Source: a virus (Duplodnaviria > Caudoviricetes). From it: DNA of 27,252 bases. Numbering within the stretch: the stretch's first letter is position 1; each line of letters begins with the position of its first letter. The stretch covers positions 1-27,252 of IMG/VR virus record IMGVR_UViG_3300017780_003399; one strand, given 5' to 3'. The notes beneath the pieces are model-generated. The model was not told where the DNA came from. It saw nothing but the letters and a program-made list of their open reading frames with translations, and searched no databases. This document shows positions 15,130-23,173 of this stretch, piece after piece. The translations under genes were made by a program, and so were the position numbers.

Positions 15130-17392
15130 CGGTTATCCCTTCCTGCTGCGGCATGGCGGGAGGTTGTTCGGCAACACGCAGCCCGGTCACTCGATTGGTT
15201 ACAGGGTCACGCACAACCTCACGCGGGGCAGTCACGCGGGTTTCCAATGCGCCAAGCGCCTGCCCTTGTGCGGCAACAGCAGCAATAACTTGCTCAAGCG
15301 CACTGGCCAATGGGGCGAACTTGTCAGGCTCCGGCTCAAGCGCGGCGTCCACAAGCGCGGGTGGTGGCGGGATGCTTTCAACCAACAGTTTAACCATGCC
15401 GTTCAATTCGGCAACGTCGCCCCGGCTGTCAGCATTTATCTGTGCAACCTTTATGCTGGTGTCAGCCTTGATGCGCTCCTTATCAAGTTCAAGCTGGATG
15501 CTTTCCATCTGCTCGGAAAGCCCCTCAAGCGCCTGCTCCATCTGGCCAATCAACTGCCCAGCCTGTTCAGCCGGCAACGGCCCTCGCGGCGTCTGCACCA
15601 TCGGCGCGGCTTCTTCTTTCTCGCCCGGTTCCGGCTTGATGAGGCCAGGAAACTTGAGCTTGATAAACGCGGCGATGCGCTCGGACATTTCATCCGCACC
15701 CGGCCAATCCATAGCCTTCACCACCTGATCCCCGGCGATTTCCATCATCTGCGGATAGCTTTGCGTCATGGCAACCATGCTGTCAGCCGCCTCCTGCCGC
15801 ATTGTGCTGTAGGCAGGGCCGCTGCTGATAACCACGTCATAATCGCCCACGGTCATATCGTTAAGAACTCGCTCAATCGCTTGGCCGAGTTCATCGGTCT
15901 CTTGCGTCGGCGCGTTGATTTCCGCCGTGCTGGCCGTGTTGTCCGGTGCCAGGAGGCGCATGACGCGGCGTGTGTCAAATACCCGGCCAAAGCCGCTAAC
16001 CATCGTGCGGCCAAGGTGGCGGATCGCACGCGCAAGGTTGTCCGAATAATGGAAATTGGCAATATCGCCCTGCCGTTGCCGGGCCATGATGCCCTTGCCG
16101 CTTGTCTCATTGCCACGCGCGCCCAAACTGGCGTCATAAATGCCCGTTGTGGCCTTGATGTTATCGCGAGCGATAGCGCACATCTGCAAGTTGCCGGCCG
16201 GCACATCGGCCATGGGCTGGCGCTGCGGCGCGCCCACAAGGTTGCCGTCAACCGTCACCGCGTCATATTCAAGATATGAATAATTGACCTGGTTGGCCGT
16301 TGCCCAATCTTGCTTTGCCGTCTCAAACTGGCCAACCGCGCCGATGTAAGGCGTGCGAGGCCGCATAGCGACTTCTTCCGTCGCGGTGCTCAGGAAAAAG
16401 TCATACATCCGCGACGGGTCTTTTGCGTTGCGAATGATGCCGCTGCGCTGAATTTTGCCGTCAATGTCAATTTCTTGGCCCCAAACAGGGAAAACGGGTA
16501 TCCAGTAGAACGGGACTTCGGCTTCCTCCAGCTTTTCGCAGCCAGTCACCTTATACCACATGACCTTGCGCTTGAAGCTGTCACGCTCCTTCACGATACG
16601 CACGCCCATAGGTAGCGGGTTAACCAATTCATCCTTAAATCCGCTCTCACCCGTGCTTAACAAGCACAGCCGCGCCGGCGTGTATTCGACACGGTAAAAT
16701 TCAGCAACGCGCACCTCATCAGATGTCAGCCAAACACCGTCGCCCAGGCCGTCAAACAGTTCAACCGTCGCCTTGGCCTTGGGATATTCGCGCTTGAAGT
16801 CAGCTTTGCCCATGCGGCTGCTGATGATGCAAAAGCGTGCATCGCTGCCATCGGCTTCTTGTGCCAGCGGATCAAAATACACCGTGAACGGGTTGCGAAT
16901 GCGCTTAATGACCATCTTTTGGTCAAAGCTGGCCTCGCTCTCATATTCCGTTACCATCCGGAAAAATCCAAAGCCATTGGCCGCCGCGTTAGCAACAGCC
17001 GTGTCATAAGCCGCGTCGGCGTTGCTGTCATATTCGATGTGGCGGATGATGCCCTCCATCACCTTGGCAACATCAGCATCCGCGCCGCCGCCAACCGGGT
17101 GCACGTGAATGCTTTGCCGGTTCTGGCGCGCGTCATTTACCACAAGCGCCAATGTCGCCGGCAGCGTGTTGACCACAAGTTGCGGCCGCCCATCGGCAAC
17201 GCGCTGCTGCGTTGCGTCCAAGCCCCATCGGGTCAGCGGATCGCCGTTCAGGAACAATAGATCATCAATGCCAAGCGCCGCGTTGCCGTTGTCCGCATCC
17301 TGCCACAGTTGGAAACACGCCTTGGCATCGGCCACCACGTCATCAGTGACGGCCGTTGCGCCATCATCGGACCTGATACTGTCTGCGCTCAT
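15119..17392 (-). CDS. Portal protein (P22-like)
   Basis: Start revised to ATG 17392 (ATGA overlap, GAGG RBS). RPQLVVN, IRNAKDPSRMY, SGKGIMARQRQGD, GDYDVVISSGPAYSTMRQEA motifs; long C-terminal coil. Confidence 0.9.
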   Translation of the reverse strand: MSADSIRSDDGATAVTDDVVADAKACFQLWQDADNGNAALGIDDLLFLNGDPLTRWGLDATQQRVADGRPQLVVNTLPATLALVVNDARQNRQSIHVHPVGGGADADVAKVMEGIIRHIEYDSNADAAYDTAVANAAANGFGFFRMVTEYESEASFDQKMVIKRIRNPFTVYFDPLAQEADGSDARFCIISSRMGKADFKREYPKAKATVELFDGLGDGVWLTSDEVRVAEFYRVEYTPARLCLLSTGESGFKDELVNPLPMGVRIVKERDSFKRKVMWYKVTGCEKLEEAEVPFYWIPVFPVWGQEIDIDGKIQRSGIIRNAKDPSRMYDFFLSTATEEVAMRPRTPYIGAVGQFETAKQDWATANQVNYSYLEYDAVTVDGNLVGAPQRQPMADVPAGNLQMCAIARDNIKATTGIYDASLGARGNETSGKGIMARQRQGDIANFHYSDNLARAIRHLGRTMVSGFGRVFDTRRVMRLLAPDNTASTAEINAPTQETDELGQAIERVLNDMTVGDYDVVISSGPAYSTMRQEAADSMVAMTQSYPQMMEIAGDQVVKAMDWPGADEMSERIAAFIKLKFPGLIKPEPGEKEEAAPMVQTPRGPLPAEQAGQLIGQMEQALEGLSEQMESIQLELDKERIKADTSIKVAQINADSRGDVAELNGMVKLLVESIPPPPALVDAALEPEPDKFAPLASALEQVIAAVAAQGQALGALETRVTAPREVVRDPVTNRVTGLRVAEQPPAMPQQEGITDAS

Positions 17393-17688
17393 ACAAACCT
17401 CGCCATAAGCAGCGGCGTGGCCTGGATAGGCGCAAAGCCGTGTCGCTGATACCAACGCGCCAGCCGGCCAACGTCGCCGCCGTCAACCGTCAAGAGTAGC
17501 GCCGTGCGTGTCCGGTCAGCCTCCATGCAGATCGTGCCCAACAGCGCATCGGCTTCGCCGTTGCCGGGGTTGGCGCTCTTGACCGCCACAAGCTCGCGCA
17601 TTTGGGCGCGCAAGCCCATTGGCAACGCGCGCGGCACAGCAATACGGGCGCTGGCCTTGGCGTGTTTGCGAGGCCCAACGGGCATCAT
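17389..17688 (-). CDS. Minimal GNAT-family acetyltransferase-like protein
   Basis: PGNGEADALL (motif A-like) and LARWYQRHGF (motif B-like); ATGA-coupled to the portal gene. Confidence 0.65.
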   Translation of the reverse strand: MMPVGPRKHAKASARIAVPRALPMGLRAQMRELVAVKSANPGNGEADALLGTICMEADRTRTALLLTVDGGDVGRLARWYQRHGFAPIQATPLLMARFV

Positions 17689-17759
17689 GCATGTTCTGCC
17701 GTGATAGCCGCGAGAAGCCGCTTATCACCCCATGCGCGTTTGCCGACGGGCATCATGCA
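17678..17759. repeat. 14-bp direct repeat (acgggcatcatgca) duplicating a stop/start junction
   Basis: Copies at 17678-17691 and 17746-17759. Confidence 0.8.
17685..17756 (-). CDS. 23-aa mini-ORF between the repeats
   Basis: MMPVGKRAWGDKRLLAAITAEHA*; ATGA-coupled at both ends. Confidence 0.4.
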   Translation of the reverse strand: MMPVGKRAWGDKRLLAAITAEHA

Positions 17760-17914
17760 ACACCTTTGGGCGGGCGGCCACGGCGACGGGCGGGCGCTTC
17801 ATCGGGCACGGGATCGAGCGCAACAGGCGCAGCCACAACGCACCACACGCCGTCGCGCAGTTCCTCTGTCACCACGTCGCCCTTGTCTGTGCCGCGTTGC
17901 CGTGTCTCGTTCAT
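17753..17914 (-). CDS. 53-aa protein with AT-hook-like motif (not in ORF track)
   Basis: MNETRQRGTDKGDVVTEELRDGVWCVVAAPVALDPVPDEAPARRRGRPPKGVA*; ATGA-coupled to terL. Confidence 0.65.
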   Translation of the reverse strand: MNETRQRGTDKGDVVTEELRDGVWCVVAAPVALDPVPDEAPARRRGRPPKGVA

Positions 17915-19248
17915 GCCGCCCAACCTCTCACAATCCGTGGCGGCCGGGGGGCGCGTTCAACACGCGGCCCGGCAATAATCGCCGGAAATAACTCAGCCAA
18001 TGCCCAAACCAACGCATCAGCGCGGTTAGGACTATTCTCGCCAATATAGCCGTTTGTGGTGAAGCCCGTCAATTCATCCTCTAGCTCACGGAAAATGCCA
18101 ACATGCCGAACCTTGCCCTGCTCATAAAGCGCGCTGATAGGCTCGGCTCTGACATGCTTGCCGCGCGTTGCCGTCACCTTCTTGAACGGCGTTCGTGCCC
18201 GTGCAGCCTGGACAACCATGCGCACCATGTCGCCGCCATAGTTTGTCTCACCAACCACGCAATCAGCCTCGTGCCGGTCATACGTTGTGGCAACCACGCG
18301 GCCCCATGTTTCAGGGCCAGCCTTGATCGTGTTATCCTCTAGCACATACGCAATGCCATCGGTGCCCAGCGCCGCCGCAACAATGCCAATGGCGTCGTTA
18401 TCGGCGTTGTCAGTGTCGCCGCTCCCGCTGGGGTCAACCGCAACCACAACACGCACAAACGCCGGCAACGCGCCGTCAATCGCGCGCCACTTTTCAATCA
18501 CCTCATCGCTAAACAATGCGCCCGGCGTTGCATCCCCAAACTCACCATCCAAGAACCGCTTGCGCAGCCGCGCTGATAGGCCTTTGAGCGTGTCGAGATA
18601 GTCCGCGCTGATGTTAGCCGCGTTGTCCTGCGGGTTGATCTTGAAACATGCGTAATCATCCGGCCGCGCCAATGGCAGCTTGGTTTCAGGGTCAACCTTC
18701 TGCACGAACAACCGATACGTCCAATGCGCTTTGCTCGGCGGGTTGCAGTCATACAGCACCAGCGGGCGCAACGGTCGCGATTCCACCCCCTTGGCGTCAA
18801 TCATCACCTGTTGCGCCAGTCGGGTAATCGCTACGTCACGCGACGATAGCGGCACCTGGCTGCACTCGTTGAACATCAGCGTGACGAACTCCATGCCAAG
18901 GATTTTCTCAACGCGCTCTTTATCATCAAGCCCGGCAATCCATATTTCGCTGCCATTGGGCAACGTCACGATGCCTTCCGTCTTGTTTAAGTCATAAGCA
19001 ACGCCGGGAAACGCCAAGCGCATAACCTTGGGCAGCGTGTCTTGCAGGATTGAAGCCCGCGCCGCGTTCAACCGAAAGCGAAAAATGGCGTGACGTGAAT
19101 TGCTGGCCGCCAGCGCCCGGACAATTATCGTCCGCACCTCAATGAACGTCTTGCCGCTGCGGCTCCCGCCAAACAGCATGACATGCGTTGCGCCACATCC
19201 CAGCACGGCTTGTGCCGCCTGCTGCTTGGATGTGAGAGCAAAGGTCAC
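17911..19248 (-). CDS. terL: Terminase large subunit
   Basis: Walker A GGSRSGKT, Walker B-like LMFNE, coupling motif DCNP, RNase H-fold VAVDPS...SPNRADALVWA. Confidence 0.93.
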   Translation of the reverse strand: MTFALTSKQQAAQAVLGCGATHVMLFGGSRSGKTFIEVRTIIVRALAASNSRHAIFRFRLNAARASILQDTLPKVMRLAFPGVAYDLNKTEGIVTLPNGSEIWIAGLDDKERVEKILGMEFVTLMFNECSQVPLSSRDVAITRLAQQVMIDAKGVESRPLRPLVLYDCNPPSKAHWTYRLFVQKVDPETKLPLARPDDYACFKINPQDNAANISADYLDTLKGLSARLRKRFLDGEFGDATPGALFSDEVIEKWRAIDGALPAFVRVVVAVDPSGSGDTDNADNDAIGIVAAALGTDGIAYVLEDNTIKAGPETWGRVVATTYDRHEADCVVGETNYGGDMVRMVVQAARARTPFKKVTATRGKHVRAEPISALYEQGKVRHVGIFRELEDELTGFTTNGYIGENSPNRADALVWALAELFPAIIAGPRVERAPRPPRIVRGWAA

Positions 19249-19670
19249 AGCAAGCCTACATCGCCAGGCGCGGTGTTGAAATTAACCGCGCCGCTATGCT
19301 CTTGCTGAATTTTGTCGCCGTAACGTTTTGGGTCCCATTTAGCCAACAGCTTCAATCGCGTTTCCACACGCAACCGGCTGCGGCTAATCCATTCAGTGTT
19401 GGCCGTCTCGCTGCCGTCACCGCGCTCTATTGTGTCGCGGCTGCGGTCATCGGCAATGTCAAGAGCATCTAGCGCAATCTGGTCAAAGCCATCCTCACGC
19501 GCGCGCGCGATAGCGGCGGAAACGTTAGCGTCTAGCTCTATCCATTCTCTGACAGTTCGCGTTGCCGGCATCCCTTCGCTACGGCAAATCTGTGCAAGCG
19601 GTTCGCCTTCGGACAAGCGCGCGCAAATAGCTTCTACTACTTCCGGCGTCTTGAGCGTCGGCCGCCCCAT
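19245..19670 (-). CDS. terS: Terminase small subunit (Sf6 gp1-like)
   Basis: GRPT...ICARLSEGEPLAQICR..GMP...TV..W HTH and RLRVETRLKLLAKWDPKRYGDK; directly upstream of terL. Confidence 0.9.
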   Translation of the reverse strand: MGRPTLKTPEVVEAICARLSEGEPLAQICRSEGMPATRTVREWIELDANVSAAIARAREDGFDQIALDALDIADDRSRDTIERGDGSETANTEWISRSRLRVETRLKLLAKWDPKRYGDKIQQEHSGAVNFNTAPGDVGLL

Positions 19671-19673
19671 GAC

Positions 19674-19916
19674 TTATGCATCCTCTCGCATGTTTGCTTG
19701 GATAGCGGCAACATCGTGCGGGATTGGCTGCGGTGTGATGCGCGGCACATTTATCGCTTGTGCAACCGCTGCTTTCACCTCGGCAATCTGCAATGCAAGC
19801 CGCTCCAGGCCACCGCTCACATATCCCACCATATACGGCAGATCACCGTCGCGCGTTTGCGGGGCGCGGCCTGCGATGCCGTCTGCGTGGCCTTCGGATA
19901 CGTTGTTGCTTGCCAT
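19674..19916 (-). CDS. Hypothetical protein, 80 aa
   Basis: Start revised to ATG 19916 behind TAAGGA; GHADG...YMVGYVSG motif. Confidence 0.55.
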   Translation of the reverse strand: MASNNVSEGHADGIAGRAPQTRDGDLPYMVGYVSGGLERLALQIAEVKAAVAQAINVPRITPQPIPHDVAAIQANMREDA

Positions 19917-19967
19917 GTGTCTTTCCTTACATGCTTTCGGGGTTGTGGGCAATAAGACGCTAGACCG

Positions 19968-20525
19968 TCACAGACCAGCACGTTCAAGAAAATGATTAAG
20001 CCCCAAATTGGCCGCGTGGTAGCGCATCTTGCGCATTGCGCCCGCCTCAATCTGGCGCGTGCGTTCAACGCAAAGGCCGATGTCTGCGCCAATCTCGTGA
20101 TAGGTAGCCCCTGTCATCCTTTCCGTTACGATAACGCGCTGCCGGTCAGATAGTGCAAGCATAAGCCGGTCAAGAATGTCTTTGTGTTCCAGCGCCCCCG
20201 CGACATCACCGCCACACAATGCGCCCATGTCGGCCTCGCTCATGTCTGTCTCAAAATTGTTTTGAGCAAGCGTTGCGGTTGCCTGGGTTTCGCTAAACAT
20301 TGTTTCAGGCTCTACGCCTAGCACACTGGCCATGCGTTGCACGGCGTCACTCCATTTGCCGCGACTGCCTTTTGGCAGTTTGCGCATTTTCACAATTTCG
20401 TTGACCTTCATCATGCTAATACCAGCGCGCCGAGCCAGTTCAACTTGCGTAGCGATGCCGGCCTGTTCCATAAGCCGCAAGATGCGACCGTTACTAATTG
20501 AAACTTTGATGCGATAATCGCTCAT
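19968..20525 (-). CDS. XRE-HTH + sigma70 region-4 fusion regulator
   Basis: N-terminal GIATQVELARRAGIS (XRE); C-terminal LSDRQRVIV...TYHEIGADIGLCVERTRQIEAGAMRKMR (sigma region 4.2). Confidence 0.8.
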   Translation of the reverse strand: MSDYRIKVSISNGRILRLMEQAGIATQVELARRAGISMMKVNEIVKMRKLPKGSRGKWSDAVQRMASVLGVEPETMFSETQATATLAQNNFETDMSEADMGALCGGDVAGALEHKDILDRLMLALSDRQRVIVTERMTGATYHEIGADIGLCVERTRQIEAGAMRKMRYHAANLGLNHFLERAGL

Positions 20526-20710
20526 AGTTCATTCTCCAATTCAAGCTCGACCTCACGAAACCACTCCACATGGCCACCGTCCAGCTTCACCCCTATGGGA
20601 AAGTCGCGGGCGGCATTGCGCACCTCTTGGACAAGGCCCGTGTCGCCGGGATCGCATGGGAGGTTGCCGGCTTGCAGGACGGTTACGCGCTGGCCTGTTG
20701 TGAGGGTCAT
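20522..20710 (-). CDS. Small SH3/KOW-like protein
   Basis: GQRVTV...GDTGLV..V...IGVKLDGG..WF...EL pattern; ATGA-coupled. Confidence 0.65.
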   Translation of the reverse strand: MTLTTGQRVTVLQAGNLPCDPGDTGLVQEVRNAARDFPIGVKLDGGHVEWFREVELELENEL

Positions 20711-21087
20711 GCTTGCAGCGCCGCCATGGCCGCATCAAACGAATGGAAAACGCCGTGGCTGTGATAGCGCAGCCAGGGGCTAATTACGGCATCAGGGCGG
20801 CAGACCGTGACGACCTTTTTGCCGAGCTGCCACGCAAACAGGATTTCCATTGACGTGCCGACGCTGGGCTTGTCGTAATTCACCAGCACCACATCAACCG
20901 ACGCCACGTCGATCTTGTCGAGTTCGACAATTTCCCGATACGCCTCCAATTCGCGCCCGCGATAATCCCGCGCCATTGGATCGACATAAAGCCAATCCGA
21001 AGGCCCGGCGCTTTTGACGTATTGCCGCCAATCCTTGCACTCTTCGTCCGTGCATCCATTGATCGGGCCGCAGAGATAAATCTTCAT
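20707..21087 (-). CDS. Nucleoside 2-deoxyribosyltransferase / dNMP N-glycosidase family protein
   Basis: KIYLCGP, IVELDKIDV..VDVVLV and SVGTSMEILFAWQLGKKV match NDT/DNPH1/MilB motifs including the catalytic Glu. Confidence 0.88.
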   Translation of the reverse strand: MKIYLCGPINGCTDEECKDWRQYVKSAGPSDWLYVDPMARDYRGRELEAYREIVELDKIDVASVDVVLVNYDKPSVGTSMEILFAWQLGKKVVTVCRPDAVISPWLRYHSHGVFHSFDAAMAALQA

Positions 21088-21326
21088 TCGTCGTCTCCAT
21101 GAATAATGCTTGATGACGTCAGAAACACACGCAACCCTTCACCATAGCCCAAGCTGCACAAGACTTGATTTGTCAGCAGGTCTATTTCCCGATGCGCGCG
21201 GTGGCCTTCGTGCTTCTGCACAATTTGCTTGCAGCCTTGCGCGAACTGATCCGGGGAAATCGCCCCGCTCCAACCGATCAGCATACGCCTTGCGACCGCG
21301 CCAATCATCGCTGAAAACATCGTCAT
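21084..21326 (-). CDS. Hypothetical protein (start uncertain, 21326 or 21320)
   Basis: SPDQFAQ...AHREIDLLTNQVLCSLGYGEGLRVF resembles a recurrent small phage protein; GGAGG upstream; ATGA coupling at both ends. Confidence 0.6.
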   Translation of the reverse strand: MTMFSAMIGAVARRMLIGWSGAISPDQFAQGCKQIVQKHEGHRAHREIDLLTNQVLCSLGYGEGLRVFLTSSSIIHGDDE

Positions 21327-21949
21327 ACCTCCACCCGTTCTGTGCTAAACTTGTGCTGTCTGCCGATGCGAAACGGATAAAGGCGCGCCACCGCCGTCCC
21401 CCTGAGCATGTGCAAAGCCGGCCAGTTGTTGCCAATCATCGCGGCTACTTCATCCATGCGGCGGAAATACTCGACGCTGCCAACCTTGTTGGCGTTCCTG
21501 TCAGGATGCACCCAACCCAAACAAACCCGGTTCCAGCCCTGCCCCAGCAAGCGACCAAGACGCGCAATAGGCTCGTCCATGTGCCAGACCGGCGCTGCGC
21601 GTTCCCTGCCCAGCGGCCATTCGTTCAGCAGTCCGTCATTGATCTGTGAGGGCATGGCGATAGCATCAGGCACCACGACCCATGCGGCAGGCGTTTCAAG
21701 CCAATGGGCTGCCCAGTCGTAGTAGGGACGCCAATTGCGCGCCGCCTCGCAGGCTTCACCACCTGCCTTTCGCGCTGCCATCCAAAACGAAAACGCGCCG
21801 TTGTCCAGCATCAGCCCGTCACCGATCTGAGCCGCAAGCGCAATGTCATCTGGCCGGTAAAAGCTCACACAGAAGGCGCGGCCGGCCATGGCTTGCAGAG
21901 CAGCGCGCGGCGACAAGGGTGTGCCGTGATAGATGGTTGGCACGTTCAT
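21139..21949 (-). CDS. TGT/DpdA-like base-exchange (TIM-barrel) protein, split by a +1 frameshift near 21370
   Basis: Frame 0 (21949-21323): YHGTP, LDNGAFSFW, VPDAI, PVWH, HMLRG, YPF. The +1 frame continues ASADSTSLAQN...QLGLW* (stop 21139). The joined product is 269 aa. Confidence 0.7.
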
Positions 21950-22467
21950 GCCGACCACCGCGCGTCTTTGCCGCCCAGCTTGTGAGAAACACCGCCGCGC
22001 CCGTCGCAGACATAGTTAGGCACAACGGTTCCGTCATCGGCAACATGCACACGGTAGGCGCTCTCTGCGCCAAGCGGCACCACGCGATAGGGCGCGTCAG
22101 ACGAGATCAGCCGCATGTTCATTGCCCGGCAGCGTTCGGCGTTTTCAGGCGTCACTTCGCCAGGGCGATATTCGCCGTCTTGGATTTCGCCGTCGCCGTT
22201 CACACGCGTTTCGTCTCGGCGCACCCGCTGGCGTTCCTCGACAAGCTGGGTCGCGGCCGTGATGATCTCGCTGGCGTATGGCAGCCCCTTGGCATCGCGC
22301 GCCACAACATCGCAAGCGGCGCGCAACAGGGGCACGGTTAGGTGGGCAGTGTCTTGTGCAAGATAATCCAACCGGGCCTGATATTGCCGTTGATCGACAT
22401 CACGGGCGGCCGGGAAGCGCAAGGCCAGCTCGGCTATGCACGCCTTGTGCCCCCGCGTCGGCTTCAT
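21946..22467 (-). CDS. Putative helicase loader / initiator partner, 173 aa
   Basis: Start revised to ATG 22467 (MKPTRGHK); LALRFP...LLRAACD.......LP.ASEI pattern; immediately after the initiator gene. Confidence 0.5.
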   Translation of the reverse strand: MKPTRGHKACIAELALRFPAARDVDQRQYQARLDYLAQDTAHLTVPLLRAACDVVARDAKGLPYASEIITAATQLVEERQRVRRDETRVNGDGEIQDGEYRPGEVTPENAERCRAMNMRLISSDAPYRVVPLGAESAYRVHVADDGTVVPNYVCDGRGGVSHKLGGKDARWSA

Positions 22468-23173
22468 CGGATCGTCCCCATCCGCCGATATTCCGCTCGA
22501 TCCAATCGAGGGAGGCGCTTGGGCGGCACTGCCCAGTTGTTGGGCTTCCGTTCCGCGCCATGTGTCCATTGCCATTGCCGTTCTCCATTGATCGGCGCAT
22601 CCAATTGCGCCACGTTGCATCCCAATCTAGCTTGACGCCTTGCGCTCCAGGCTTGGCTATCCAGTAATCACGGAACCGCGAAAGCTCACGCTCGATCATG
22701 CCGGCATCGTGCGGCTGGCAATCGGCTGGCAATGCCGCTGGCGTCCAATCATCAGGCAACCGGCAACCGCGTTTGCGAGGCTTCGCGCTAGAAACAACGC
22801 TAGTTGTTTCTTCTGTATCTGCTTCTGTATCTGTATCTGGGGGCGTTACTGTAACGTTACGCGCCGCGCGATGTTTTGCTACACGCTCATTTGAAGTGTC
22901 TGATTTGTATTGAAACTTTGCCCAGTTATGCGGCTCATAACCGTGGTCTAAGGCGTCAATTAACCCCCCTCTTATCAGCCGTTCAACGCCCGTTGATAGG
23001 TGGTCTAAGCGCGTGTTAAGCATCAGCTTAAGGTCGCTTATGGCGGGGATGTGGCCGTCGTTTTCGGATGCCAGGGCAAGCAATTTAACCCACAGCCGAA
23101 ACTCTTTATCGGACAGCCGCATAACCTTTGGATTGCGCATTGCATCCGCATAAAAGCGAAACCAACGGCTCAC
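22400..23173 (-). CDS. Phage replication initiator (lambda O-like architecture)
   Basis: N-terminal WFRFY..AMRNPKV.RLSD..FRLWV.LL, HNWAKFQ, SNERVAKHR, DTDTE linker and C-terminal RFRDYW...KLDWDATWRNW. Confidence 0.82.
   Translation of the reverse strand: MSRWFRFYADAMRNPKVMRLSDKEFRLWVKLLALASENDGHIPAISDLKLMLNTRLDHLSTGVERLIRGGLIDALDHGYEPHNWAKFQYKSDTSNERVAKHRAARNVTVTPPDTDTEADTEETTSVVSSAKPRKRGCRLPDDWTPAALPADCQPHDAGMIERELSRFRDYWIAKPGAQGVKLDWDATWRNWMRRSMENGNGNGHMARNGSPTTGQCRPSASLDWIERNIGGWGRSDEADAGAQGVHSRAGLALPGRP
22811..22860. repeat. Short repeats and palindromes in the initiator linker (candidate origin)
   Basis: ttctgtatctg at 22811-22821 and 22823-22833, tatctg at 22834-22839, overlapping palindromes cgttactgtaacg and gtaacgttac at 22844-22860. 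Confidence 0.4.

Noticed and set aside
15047-16279. 410-aa plus-strand ORF (and similar long antisense ORFs at 2174-2971, 4756-5577, 11073-12034, 12139-12882)
   Set aside because: Antisense shadows of well-supported minus-strand genes in GC-rich DNA; no recognisable motifs.
19917-19967. TTGCCC-N17-TAAGGA as a late promoter
   Set aside because: Weak -10 that coincides with the RBS; insufficient support.
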